This document shows, in pieces, positions 32,168 to 44,065 of a stretch of DNA of 64,000 nt; the first letter of the stretch is position 1; every line of letters begins with the position of its first letter. A program made the translations under genes and the position numbers. Under the pieces are notes generated by a model, which was not told the origin of the DNA, did no database searches, and was given only the letters and a program-made list of their open reading frames with translations. The stretch is from Aquificaceae bacterium (GTDB lineage Bacteria; Aquificota; Aquificia; Aquificales; Aquificaceae), in contig JAXSNR010000001.1 in NCBI GenBank assembly GCA_037925075.1, positions 448,001 to 512,000 on the forward strand. The letters run 5' to 3'.

Positions 32168-33310
32168 ATGGCTCAGTCAGCAAAAAGGGATTACTACGAG
32201 GTGCTTGGCGTTCCAAAAAACGCAACTCAGGAGGAGATCAAGAAGGCATACCGCCGGCTTGCCAGAAAATACCATCCAGACTTTAACAAGGAACCAGAGG
32301 CTCAGGAGAAGTTCAAGGAGATAAACGAAGCCTATCAGGTGCTATCGGACCCAGAAAAGAGAAAACTCTACGACCAGTACGGGCATTCAGCCTTTACCTC
32401 CCAGCCCGGTGGTGGAGCCTATGAGGAAGTGGTGTTCCAAAATGTGGGAGACCTCTTTGAGGAGCTTTTTAGGGGCTTTGGCTTTGAAGACATCTTTGAA
32501 AGGGCAACGCGTGGGAGAAGGCGCGAAGGGAAAAGACCAGTAAAGGGCGAGGACATACATTATACGGTGGAGCTTAGCCTTGAAGAGGCCTACAAGGGCA
32601 CCGTGGTAAGCCTTCCACTGGTCAGGGAGGTTCTCTGCGATGCCTGCGGTGGTACCGGCTACGATAAAAGCAAGGGTGAGCGAGTATGTCCCACCTGCGG
32701 TGGAAGGGGCGAGGTGGTTCAGAGGCAGTTTTTCATGACCATAGCACAGACCTGCCCTACATGCAAGGGTGAAGGGGTTATAAGAGAACCCTGTCCCAAA
32801 TGCAGAGGCAGAGGCACCGTACCTCAGAGAGAAGAGGTAAAGGTAAGAATACCCCCGGGTGTAGATACGGGTAGTAGGATACTGGCGGAAGGTAAGGGTA
32901 ATGCGGGCATGTTTGGCGGACCGCCCGGAGACCTCATCATAACCGTAAAGGTAAAACCACATCCCATCTTTGAAAGAAGGGGTAATAATCTTTATGTGGA
33001 TGTAAATCTCAAACTAACTGAGGCAGTTCTTGGAGCAGAGCTTGAGGTACCAACCTTGGAAGGGCGTAGCCTTAAAGTAAAGATACCCTCAGGTGTAAGG
33101 GAAGGAGACACCATAAGGGTAGAAGGCTACGGAATGCCCAAGCTCATGTCCGAAGGTAGAGGAGACCTCTTTGTTAGAGTGCATATAGAGGTTCCTAAGT
33201 TAGGGCTTATGGACAAGCTCTTCGGCGATGGAAGGAAGGTAAAACAACTTCTTGAAGAGCTTCATCAACTACTTCCAGAGCCAACACGCATAAGGGAGAG
33301 GCAAACATGA
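32168..33310 (+). CDS. dnaJ: Chaperone DnaJ
   Basis: J domain HPD, four CxxCxGxG zinc fingers. Confidence 0.97.
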   Translation: MAQSAKRDYYEVLGVPKNATQEEIKKAYRRLARKYHPDFNKEPEAQEKFKEINEAYQVLSDPEKRKLYDQYGHSAFTSQPGGGAYEEVVFQNVGDLFEELFRGFGFEDIFERATRGRRREGKRPVKGEDIHYTVELSLEEAYKGTVVSLPLVREVLCDACGGTGYDKSKGERVCPTCGGRGEVVQRQFFMTIAQTCPTCKGEGVIREPCPKCRGRGTVPQREEVKVRIPPGVDTGSRILAEGKGNAGMFGGPPGDLIITVKVKPHPIFERRGNNLYVDVNLKLTEAVLGAELEVPTLEGRSLKVKIPSGVREGDTIRVEGYGMPKLMSEGRGDLFVRVHIEVPKLGLMDKLFGDGRKVKQLLEELHQLLPEPTRIRERQT

Positions 33311-33690
33311 AGAGGGAAAAGACAAGGCTTTACACCATAGGGGTGGTTGCCAGCATGTTCAACATCCACCCACAGACCCTCAGACTTTACGAAAGAGAGG
33401 GGCTCATAAAGCCCACAAGAAGCAAGGGCAGGACAAGGTACTACACGGAAGAAGATATACAAAGGCTTGAGTTCATCCTTACCCTTAGCAGAGACCTCGG
33501 CGTGAACCTTGCGGGCATTGACATAATCCTCCGTATGAAGGAGCAGATGGAGGAGCTTGAAATGCAGTTGCAAAAGCTTATAGAGTTCATACAAAGGGAG
33601 GTATCAGAGGTCTACCAAAGGGACGAAAGCATAAAGTCCATAGTCTTGGCGGAGAGGACAGACATACTCAAGTCCATAAGGAAGCGGTAA
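33307..33690 (+). CDS. hspR: MerR-family heat-shock repressor HspR
   Basis: IGVVA....[20 protein letters not shown]; coupled to dnaJ. Confidence 0.88.
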   Translation: MKREKTRLYTIGVVASMFNIHPQTLRLYEREGLIKPTRSKGRTRYYTEEDIQRLEFILTLSRDLGVNLAGIDIILRMKEQMEELEMQLQKLIEFIQREVSEVYQRDESIKSIVLAERTDILKSIRKR

Positions 33691-33700
33691 AATATTGCCA

Positions 33701-34186
33701 ATGGAAATAAGGGAGACAGACCTTCCGGGCATAGGTAAAAAGTACTCCATGAGCCTGAGGGAGGGTAGAGAGCTTGTTCTTGTTATATACAACACGGGCA
33801 AGAGGGAAATATATCTCATGGAAGAAGAAGAGACCTCCTGCGTCTTTGACCTAACGGAGGAAGAAGCAAAAGAACTGGGCTTTTTGCTTGCGGGAGCCCT
33901 CTACCAGCCTATAAAGGCGGACAAGATGGAGCTTATCCTAAAAGAGGTGGTCATGGAATGGGTAAGGATAGAGGCAGGCTCAAGCTTTATAAACAGAACC
34001 ATAGCGGAGCTTCAGATAAGAAGAACCACAGGCGTATCTGTTATAGCCATAGACAGAAGGGGGAAGATCATACCAAGCCCAGACCCCTACAAGGAAAAGA
34101 TAGAACTAGGGGACGTGCTTATAGTGGTGGGCACGCGTCCGCAGATAAACCACTTTTTGGAACTTTGCGGAAGGTGTAGCACTTAA
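33701..34186 (+). CDS. KhtT-like RCK_C regulatory subunit of K+/H+ antiporter
   Basis: ETDLPGIGKKY N-terminus and TrkA-C domain (RRTTGVSVIAI). Confidence 0.85.
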   Translation: MEIRETDLPGIGKKYSMSLREGRELVLVIYNTGKREIYLMEEEETSCVFDLTEEEAKELGFLLAGALYQPIKADKMELILKEVVMEWVRIEAGSSFINRTIAELQIRRTTGVSVIAIDRRGKIIPSPDPYKEKIELGDVLIVVGTRPQINHFLELCGRCST

Positions 34187-34187
34187 G

Positions 34188-35357
34188 ATGCACAATCCTC
34201 AGGACTTTTTATTGGCGGGGAGTGTTTTCCTGCTCCTTTTCTTCTCCGCCCTTCTTCTTTCAAAGATAAAGGTGCCTTACATCCTGTCCTTCATGTTGGC
34301 GGGTTTTTTGGGCAAACTCTTTTTGCCCAAAAGGGCGGAGGATGTGCTCTTAATCTTTGAATACTCGGGGGTGGTCCTTCTCTTCTTCTTCATAGGTCTT
34401 GAGTACTCCTTTGAAAGGCTTTTGGGGATGAGGAGGGTTTTCAAGCCGGGGCTTTTGGACTTTTTGCTTAACTTCCTGCCAGCCTTTGTACTTTCTTACG
34501 CCTTTACGAAAAGCTTCCTGTTTTCTCTGGCAATGGGTGCGGTGGTATATCCCAGTAGTACCGCCATAACCGCAAAGCTTCTCATGGACTACAAAAGGCT
34601 TGTAAACCCGGAGGCGGAGCTTCTGATTGGAATCCTCATATTTGAGGACTTGGTGAGCATTCTCTTGCTTTCCGCCCTTACGGGTCTTACCTTTGGTCTT
34701 GAACCTGATGTGATAAGCCTTTCAAGGGGTATTTTGGCGGTGGTTTTTCTTTTGGGTGCCTTTTACCTTCTGAGGGCTCCCTCCGAGAGGGCCTTTGACT
34801 ACCTTGACAAAAAAATGGACGAGGGCTTGATTCCCTTTATGGTGTTGGGCTTTTTGCTCTTTTCCTCTGGCATAAGCCTCAAGCTGGGTGTTTCCGACGC
34901 CCTTGTTGCCTTTATGTTAGGTGTGCTTGTGCCGGAAAAAAGCAGGGTCTTTGAAGTTATGGAAAAGTCCCTTTCAAGCCTAAAGGATCTATCTGTGGGA
35001 GTTTTCTTCTTTATGTTTACCTTCCACGCAAAGCTGAGTTTTGATTTTAACTTTTGGCTTTTGGCTTTTTTGATTGTGGTATCCGTATCTCTTAAGCTTG
35101 TCTCCACCTACTACGGTGCCCTTATGTACGGGCTTACCAAAAGGGCATCCATGAGGGCCTGTCTTTCCTTTATCCAACGTGGAGAGTTTTCTGTTATCTT
35201 TGCCAGCTTTTATGAGCCTGCCCAACCCATTGCCTTTGCCCTTGTTCTCTTTACCGCACTGCTGGGTAGCCTTAGCTTTCTTTTAGCTCCAAGGCTTTCC
35301 CAGAAGCTTTTCCCAAAGAAAGAAGGGAAAGGACCTCTTCCAACTCCTCCCTCTTAG
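34188..35357 (+). CDS. CPA2 cation:proton antiporter (KhtU-like)
   Basis: LFFFIGLE, SSTAI, LIFEDL, RGEFS. Confidence 0.9.
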   Translation: MHNPQDFLLAGSVFLLLFFSALLLSKIKVPYILSFMLAGFLGKLFLPKRAEDVLLIFEYSGVVLLFFFIGLEYSFERLLGMRRVFKPGLLDFLLNFLPAFVLSYAFTKSFLFSLAMGAVVYPSSTAITAKLLMDYKRLVNPEAELLIGILIFEDLVSILLLSALTGLTFGLEPDVISLSRGILAVVFLLGAFYLLRAPSERAFDYLDKKMDEGLIPFMVLGFLLFSSGISLKLGVSDALVAFMLGVLVPEKSRVFEVMEKSLSSLKDLSVGVFFFMFTFHAKLSFDFNFWLLAFLIVVSVSLKLVSTYYGALMYGLTKRASMRACLSFIQRGEFSVIFASFYEPAQPIAFALVLFTALLGSLSFLLAPRLSQKLFPKKEGKGPLPTPPS

Positions 35358-35931
35358 ACTCCATGTGGTCCTCGGGCATAACCCATATGGGGCTTCCGAC
35401 CCTCACTTTTGCCCTTGAGAAGGGTAAGGGGATGGTGAGCCTGTCCCAAGTTTTTAGCCTTATAGAGTGGTCAAACTCCACATAAATAGGTACTATGGGT
35501 ATGCCCGTTTTCTGCGAAAGTAGAATTATTCCCGGCTTTACCTTTCCGTAAGGACCCTTTGGTCCGTCCACCGTTATGGCGACCGTGTTGCCTTCTCTGA
35601 GCACCTTAACCAACTTTAAAAATCCCACGCTTCCCCCCTTCTGGGGCTTACCTTCTTCGCTTGAGCCCCTTACCACCTTGTAGCCAAGGCTTAGAAGAAA
35701 TCTCTCCGCTATGTCTCCATCTCTGAACCTGCTTACGAGAGCGTATATGCCCCTGTCTATGCCAAGCATAGCAACCCCGAGGGCATTACCATGAAGAAGA
35801 GCTATCATCTTTCCTCTGTAAAGTTCATAGTCTATCCTCTTTTCCCACCTTATGGTTTTTTGTATAAGCCTGAGCAAAAGGGCTACAAAAGGTGTCAAAA
35901 AAAGGAAAAGCTTGTGCCTTAACCTTTTCAT
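35272..35931 (-). CDS. DUF374 lysophospholipid acyltransferase (LpxJ-like)
   Basis: S..RDGD, VRGSS, ITVDGPKGP, WDR..IPLPFS. Confidence 0.85.
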   Translation of the reverse strand: MKRLRHKLFLFLTPFVALLLRLIQKTIRWEKRIDYELYRGKMIALLHGNALGVAMLGIDRGIYALVSRFRDGDIAERFLLSLGYKVVRGSSEEGKPQKGGSVGFLKLVKVLREGNTVAITVDGPKGPYGKVKPGIILLSQKTGIPIVPIYVEFDHSIRLKTWDRLTIPLPFSRAKVRVGSPIWVMPEDHMESKREELEEVLSLLSLGKASGKALELKES

Positions 35932-37250
35932 CTTGCTTCGAAGACAGAAAGGATGTTGTTCCTTATCCACCTTTCGTCAAGCCACTGGATTGGATTTACC
36001 TCATAGCCTTGCACCAATACACCGAAGTGTAGATGGTCTCCAAGGGCAAGACCCGTTTTGCCTGTTCTTCCAATGACCTCTCCCCTCTTTACATACTGGC
36101 CCGCTTTTACGCCCACCTCGGAAAGATGTCCGTAAAGGCTCATAAGACCCAAGCCATGGTCTATGATTACCGTGTTTCCGTATATGCCAAGGTCTCCCAC
36201 AAAAACCACCACACCCGAGTTGCCGGCTGGTACCTCCACCCTTTCCACCGAAGCAAAGTCAAAGCCCATATGCCTGCTTTCGCTCACCCTTTGCCCTTGA
36301 TAATAGTAATGTCTTATATCTCCATATGTGGCAAACACCTTGCTGTTTGGAAGCTGTAGAAAGGCTCCTACCCATAGGGCCCTTGGCTCACTTTCTTTGC
36401 TAATCTGAGAAAGCCTTTCCACATCTCTTGACCTCCATACTTCATTTACCCTCTTAAAGGCTTCCACAGGAGCAAGCCCTCTGCCTTCCTTACCAAGAAG
36501 AGGATATATAACCCTGTTTACAAATTCATCATCAATGTTAATCCTGTCTTCTTTAAACCTAACACTTTTGACCTTTAAGCTTAAACTCTGAGATACGGTA
36601 TTTCCCGCTTTGTCCTTTACTATAAGGGATATGGTGCTTCCCTCTGGAAGGTCAAGCCTTATGGGAAAAAGCCCAAAGTAATATCCATCACCTATGGGAT
36701 ACAAACTATACTGAAAGTTGCCTAAGCTAATATAAGCTGTAGCTTCTTCTTCAATCTTTATCTTTATGGCACCAGAACCACCAAGATGTGGGGAGGATGT
36801 GTAGTTGAAAACCCTAAACCTCGGTGGTACCGTATCCACAAGGGCATCCATGCTGTAGGTCCTTTCTTGCAAAAGGCCCGAAGAAACCTCTAAAAAAAAC
36901 CTTGCATTGCCATCCTTTAGGCCCAAATCCTTTGCCCTTATGGTAAAGCTCACCTCCTTTGAAGGCACTGAAAGTCTGGTGGTGTATATTTCTCTTCTTT
37001 GTCCCTCTTGTTCTACGTATAGTCTTAGCTCTTTTATGGGCTTGGTGGCTTCGATCTTAAAGGTTTTTTCAGAAGGTATAAGGGAAAGGGATTTAAGGCT
37101 TTCCTCAGAAACCTGCGGCCTTCCCGCCGTGTAGAGAAAAAGGAGGTAAAACATAATAAGCACAAGGGAAAAGAGGGCAAGCCTTCTTATGAGTTTCACA
37201 AAGCCAAGCCTTCTCTCTTTTTGTCCATAGGGTCTGTATCTGTATCTCAT
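35928..37250 (-). CDS. M23 metallopeptidase with N-terminal TM
   Basis: HMGFD, YGNTVIIDHG, YGHLS, HLHF. Confidence 0.92.
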   Translation of the reverse strand: MRYRYRPYGQKERRLGFVKLIRRLALFSLVLIMFYLLFLYTAGRPQVSEESLKSLSLIPSEKTFKIEATKPIKELRLYVEQEGQRREIYTTRLSVPSKEVSFTIRAKDLGLKDGNARFFLEVSSGLLQERTYSMDALVDTVPPRFRVFNYTSSPHLGGSGAIKIKIEEEATAYISLGNFQYSLYPIGDGYYFGLFPIRLDLPEGSTISLIVKDKAGNTVSQSLSLKVKSVRFKEDRINIDDEFVNRVIYPLLGKEGRGLAPVEAFKRVNEVWRSRDVERLSQISKESEPRALWVGAFLQLPNSKVFATYGDIRHYYYQGQRVSESRHMGFDFASVERVEVPAGNSGVVVFVGDLGIYGNTVIIDHGLGLMSLYGHLSEVGVKAGQYVKRGEVIGRTGKTGLALGDHLHFGVLVQGYEVNPIQWLDERWIRNNILSVFEAR

Positions 37251-37975
37251 AGCTTTACCACTACGCAATACCAGTTTTCCAACCTCTTTATTTTAGCAGG
37301 CTTTAAAGATAGCAAGTCAAGGAAAGCCTTAAGGTCCTCCTTTCCGTAAAGTCCAGAGAAGATGGCAACCCTTCTGAAGAGTCTCTTAAGATGGACAAGC
37401 TCCCTTTTGAAGATCTCCAGCTCAAGGTTTGCAACAAGCAGGTCAAAGCCCTCTGTCAGGTCTTTGGGTTCTAAGCAAAGGCACTCAACCTCAACACAGT
37501 TTTCTTTTGCGTTATGCAAACACTCTTGGATGGCAAGGGGGTCAATGTCTATGGCAAGGACCCTTCCCGCACCCAGTTTTTTTGACGCTATAGCCAGTAT
37601 GCCCGTGCCCGTGCCCACATCCAGCACAGACCATCCCTCCTGCAAAAACTCTTGGAGAAGCTCAAGGCAAAGGCGTGTTGTGGGATGGAGCCCAGTACCA
37701 AAGGCAGAGCCTTGCCTTATAACCACGGGCTTTATCCAAGAGGGAAGAACCATAAGCTTACCTATCCTACGAGCCCTAAAGACCTTCTCCGGTGGTAAGA
37801 TTTCTACCTCAAGGACTTCCAAAGGCTCAAGCCCCTCAAGGGGTTCATAGGCGGCAAACTCCAAAAAGGACTCACCCTCCGAAAGGATCTCCACGCCTTT
37901 TGTGTATTCCAATAGAAACTGATAAAAGCCCTCTGGATCAAGCCTGTAGATGTACTTTTTATGCCTTTGTGCCAT
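37247..37975 (-). CDS. prmA: Ribosomal protein L11 methyltransferase
   Basis: AFGTGLHPTT, VLDVGTGTGILAI, DIDP. Confidence 0.9.
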   Translation of the reverse strand: MAQRHKKYIYRLDPEGFYQFLLEYTKGVEILSEGESFLEFAAYEPLEGLEPLEVLEVEILPPEKVFRARRIGKLMVLPSWIKPVVIRQGSAFGTGLHPTTRLCLELLQEFLQEGWSVLDVGTGTGILAIASKKLGAGRVLAIDIDPLAIQECLHNAKENCVEVECLCLEPKDLTEGFDLLVANLELEIFKRELVHLKRLFRRVAIFSGLYGKEDLKAFLDLLSLKPAKIKRLENWYCVVVKL

Positions 37976-37999
37976 GCCCCTATGAATTATATTATTCTC

Positions 38000-40134
<2,135 letters not shown>

Positions 40135-40151
40135 TTAAAATATAACACTCA

Positions 40152-41213
40152 ATGCTTATTCTGGTAAAGCTTGGTTCAAACCTCATACAGACGGAAGATG
40201 GGGACATAGACCTAAGCTTTCTATCAAGGCTTGCGGGAGAGGTAAAAAGGTTAAAAGATATGGGTCATAACACTTTGATAGTCTCTTCGGGAGCGGTTCT
40301 GTGTGGGGTAAAAAAGCTGGGTCTGAACCAGAGGCCGAAAGAGCTTAGTCTAAAGCAGGCGGTTGCGGGCGTTGGTCAGGCTTACCTTATGCACCTTTAC
40401 GATATGGTCTTTTCCAACTATGGGCTAACGGTGGGGCAAGCCCTCCTTACCGCGGACATCTTCAAGGACAAGGAAAAGTTTGAAAACGCAAGAAATGCCC
40501 TAAGCAGTATGCTTTCCTTGGGTATTGTGCCCGTGATAAATGAGAACGACACGGTTGCCATATCGGAGCTTCTCTTTGGAGACAATGATTTCCTTGCGGT
40601 CCATACCGCATACATGATGAAGGTGGACCTTATGGTCATCTTTTCCACCGCCGGTGGTCTTTTGGATGAAGAGGGAAGGGTGGTTCCTGTGGTGGAGGAT
40701 GTGGAGGGCGTTCTTCACCTCGTTAAGGGAGTAAACTCCCAGTTTGGCACTGGGGGTATGATGAGCAAGATAACCGCATCGCGCATAGCGGTAAGGCTTG
40801 GTATCCCAGTGGTCATAACGGGTAAGGAGGACACCCTCCTTGGGATTATACAGGGAAAGACAAAGGGGACCTACTTTAGACCTTCTGAAAGACCTCTCAA
40901 GGAAGGTAAAAAAGCCTTTGCCATGCTTGAGGAGCCAAAGGGTGCCATATACATAGATGAGGGTGCATACAAAGCCATAAAACAACGCAAAAGCCTCTTG
41001 CCCGCAGGTATAAGAAGGGTGGAGGGTTTATTCCAAAGGGGTGATGTGGTGATGCTTTATGATGAAAAGGGCTTTCTTGTGGGAAAGGGAAGGGTAAGCC
41101 TTAGCTCAGAGGAGATAAAGAAGGTGGCAGGTAAAAGGGGGGGAGAAGTAAAAAAGATACTAAAAGTGTCCTCTGAAGAGGTTATACATGCGGACAGACT
41201 TGTTATATTTTGA
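40152..41213 (+). CDS. proB: Glutamate 5-kinase with PUA domain
   Basis: KLGS, VSSGA, INEND, FGDND, GTGGM, IHAD. Confidence 0.95.
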   Translation: MLILVKLGSNLIQTEDGDIDLSFLSRLAGEVKRLKDMGHNTLIVSSGAVLCGVKKLGLNQRPKELSLKQAVAGVGQAYLMHLYDMVFSNYGLTVGQALLTADIFKDKEKFENARNALSSMLSLGIVPVINENDTVAISELLFGDNDFLAVHTAYMMKVDLMVIFSTAGGLLDEEGRVVPVVEDVEGVLHLVKGVNSQFGTGGMMSKITASRIAVRLGIPVVITGKEDTLLGIIQGKTKGTYFRPSERPLKEGKKAFAMLEEPKGAIYIDEGAYKAIKQRKSLLPAGIRRVEGLFQRGDVVMLYDEKGFLVGKGRVSLSSEEIKKVAGKRGGEVKKILKVSSEEVIHADRLVIF

Positions 41214-41218
41214 AAGCT

Positions 41219-41638
41219 TTATAAATATCCCGCTTCCACGCCTATGCAAGCGTTCCAAACAACATTTATTTTGTCTTTGTACCTTTCTATAACTTCCATA
41301 TTCTCGCAACCGGGTTGCAACCACACACACTTGGCACCCACCTTTAGGGCTTCCTCAAATACTGGCTCTATATGTGCTGGATTTCTAAACACATTTACGA
41401 TGTCTATGGGTTCTGGTACATCAGAAAGGGAGGAAAGCACCTTTATCCCCAGTATCTCCTGTCCCGCATACTTTGGATTTACAAGGTAGACCTTGTGCAA
41501 AGCCTTTGAGACTAGCCTTTCTGTCACGTAGTAGGAGGGCTTTTGTGGGTCCGAAGATATGCCCACAACTGCCACAACCTTGGACTCCCTAAGCACACTA
41601 AGGGCATCGTCCTGGTGTGGATGATGAAGTTCCTTCAT
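41219..41638 (-). CDS. CoA-binding protein (YccU-like)
   Basis: VAVVGISS, VNP, DIVNVFR, WLQPG. Confidence 0.9.
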   Translation of the reverse strand: MKELHHPHQDDALSVLRESKVVAVVGISSDPQKPSYYVTERLVSKALHKVYLVNPKYAGQEILGIKVLSSLSDVPEPIDIVNVFRNPAHIEPVFEEALKVGAKCVWLQPGCENMEVIERYKDKINVVWNACIGVEAGYL

Positions 41639-41654
41639 AGGGTATTATTATATC

Positions 41655-42611
41655 ATGATTAAAATAGGCATAACCATAGGAGACCCAGCGGGAGTGGGAC
41701 CAGAGCTTATAGTCAAGATTTCAAAGCACTTTGACCCTCAAAAGGCGTACATAATATACGGAGAAAAGAAGATAATAGAAGCGGTTCAAAGGGAGCTGGG
41801 CGTACATCTTGATTTAACAGACATAAACACCATAGAAGAAGTAAAGGGTCCCGGCATATACATAGCGGACCTAAATATCAGCGAAACGAATAGACCTTTG
41901 CCCTCTCTTACCTCGGGAAAGGTGGCGGTTGCATACCTTGGGAGGGCGGTGGTGGATGCGGTTTATGGAAAAATTCACGGGCTTTTGACCATGCCCATAA
42001 ACAAGTTTTGGGCAAGGCTTGCAGGCTTTTCCTACGAAGGGCAGACGGAGTTTTTGGCTCAAGCCTCCGGCGTAAGAGAGTACGCCATGCTCATGTATTC
42101 GGAAAAGATAAGGGTTGTTCCCTTTACAACCCATATACCCTTAAGGGAGGTTCCAGAAAGGGTCAAAAAGGAAGAGATTGTAAGAAAGGTAAAGCTTATA
42201 AGTAGAGAGTTCAAAAGGCTCTTTGACCTTGAGCCTTCCGTAGGCATCTTAGGGCTTAACCCCCATGCGGGAGATATGGGAGCTATTGGGGATGAGGATA
42301 TGAGAGAGATAGCACCTGCGGTGGAATCTCTTAAAGAAGAGGGCTACAAGGTTGAAGGTCCCCTCTCGCCAGACAGTGCCTTTTTGAACATAAACCACCA
42401 TATTTACCTGTGCATGTATCACGACCAAGGGCTTATACCCTTTAAACTGCTTGCCTTTAAAGAGGGTGTAAACCTTACCCTTGGACTGCCCTTTGTAAGA
42501 ACTTCACCAGACCATGGCGTTGCCTACGACATAGCTTGGAAGGGCATAGTGGATGAGGGTCCGTCTCTTAGTGCCCTTAGGTTGTGTGAAAAGTTGGCGG
42601 GGAAAACATGA
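41655..42611 (+). CDS. pdxA: 4-hydroxythreonine-4-phosphate dehydrogenase
   Basis: GDPAGVGPE, LNPHAG, MYHDQG, RTSPDHG. Confidence 0.95.
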   Translation: MIKIGITIGDPAGVGPELIVKISKHFDPQKAYIIYGEKKIIEAVQRELGVHLDLTDINTIEEVKGPGIYIADLNISETNRPLPSLTSGKVAVAYLGRAVVDAVYGKIHGLLTMPINKFWARLAGFSYEGQTEFLAQASGVREYAMLMYSEKIRVVPFTTHIPLREVPERVKKEEIVRKVKLISREFKRLFDLEPSVGILGLNPHAGDMGAIGDEDMREIAPAVESLKEEGYKVEGPLSPDSAFLNINHHIYLCMYHDQGLIPFKLLAFKEGVNLTLGLPFVRTSPDHGVAYDIAWKGIVDEGPSLSALRLCEKLAGKT

Positions 42612-44065
42612 CAATAAAAAAGAAGGTGGCGTTAAGCCTAGTTTTTTCCCTTATGTTTACTCTTGCAGTTACCTTTATTGTTCTCTACATAATATCTTCT
42701 CAGCTTCTTCAAAGAAGAATTGAAGAAACCTACAGGTCAGTATATGAAAACTATAAAAAACTATTAAAGGAGAAGGTGGATGAATCAGAAAGGTTTCAAA
42801 CCTTGGCAAGCTCTGGACAGCTTTCTTTAACATATCATTACATAGAAAAAACTTCTGAAGCAAAATGTGAAGAGGCAACCTATTACCGTATAACTTCCAC
42901 TGGACTTTACTACGGCATAAACAGGTACTACCCAGAGGGATGCTTTTTTATAGGTATAAACCTTGAAGAAATGCTCATATTTATGGAAAGCTTAGTGGGC
43001 ATAGACTGGGTGGTGTATTACAATAAAGAGTTCATCTACGACCTTTTAGGGTCAAACTTGGATACCTTTATGAAGGACAAAGTGGTTATAGGTAATATGG
43101 TTATTGATAGGTTTTCTAAACAGCATGTGCTTGCTCTACCCCTCAACGTGAAGGGCTATATGCTCTACGGTAGCTTCCTTGATAAAAGCCTCCTTATGGA
43201 GGTTCCTATTACAAACATAAAGGGATTACCCGTAGGTAATATAGTCCTTATCAAAGATGTTTCAGAATTATACAAAGAAGCCTACATGGTCTTCTTTGCA
43301 CTTGCTTTTTACTCAGTATTCATGTTATCTCTTATTTCCCTTTTGCTCTTCCGCATCTTATCAGGATTAGTAAACAGGATAGTTTTCCTAAGGGAGGCAA
43401 CAGCACAAATAGAAAAGATGGATTTTACGGTGGTCCATCTTCTTGAAAACTCAAGGGAAAGATGGAAGGATGAAGTTTATGATCTAAGGCACAGCATATA
43501 CAATATGGCTATGAGCCTAAAATCTGCCTTTGAAGAGCTTCAGGAAAAGAAGTCTGAACTTGAACAGCTTGCATACTATGACCCACTTACTGAACTTCCC
43601 AACAGGAGATTTTTCTTTGACCACGCAAGTCTTATCCTTGAAAGCTCAAAAAGGTACGGAAATCCTTTTTGCATTCTCATCATAGACATAGACCACTTTA
43701 AAAAGATAAACGACACTTATGGACACGAAGCTGGCGACCTAATATTAAAGAGCTTTTCGGAGATTTTGAGAAAAAGCATAAGACAGTCAGACCTTCCCGC
43801 AAGGCTTGGGGGTGAAGAGTTTGTTATTCTAATGCCCAATACTACCCTTCAGCAGGGCAAAGTAGTAGCGGAGAGGATAAGGGTCAGTTTTCAGAATAGC
43901 CTTATAGTGTATAAAGAAAAGGAGATAAAGGCTACCCTGAGCGGAGGGCTTGCAAGCTTCAAACCGGGTATTGAGAATATTGACGACCTTATAAGAATGG
44001 CGGACGAAGCCCTCTACAGGGCAAAAGAGTTGGGAAGAAACAGGATAGAGGTGTATGAGCCTTAG
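42608..44065 (+). CDS. Membrane-bound diguanylate cyclase (sensor-HAMP-GGDEF)
   Basis: 2 TM, DPLTELPNRR, DIDHFKKINDTYGH, RQSD I-site, GGEEF. Confidence 0.93.
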   Translation: MTIKKKVALSLVFSLMFTLAVTFIVLYIISSQLLQRRIEETYRSVYENYKKLLKEKVDESERFQTLASSGQLSLTYHYIEKTSEAKCEEATYYRITSTGLYYGINRYYPEGCFFIGINLEEMLIFMESLVGIDWVVYYNKEFIYDLLGSNLDTFMKDKVVIGNMVIDRFSKQHVLALPLNVKGYMLYGSFLDKSLLMEVPITNIKGLPVGNIVLIKDVSELYKEAYMVFFALAFYSVFMLSLISLLLFRILSGLVNRIVFLREATAQIEKMDFTVVHLLENSRERWKDEVYDLRHSIYNMAMSLKSAFEELQEKKSELEQLAYYDPLTELPNRRFFFDHASLILESSKRYGNPFCILIIDIDHFKKINDTYGHEAGDLILKSFSEILRKSIRQSDLPARLGGEEFVILMPNTTLQQGKVVAERIRVSFQNSLIVYKEKEIKATLSGGLASFKPGIENIDDLIRMADEALYRAKELGRNRIEVYEP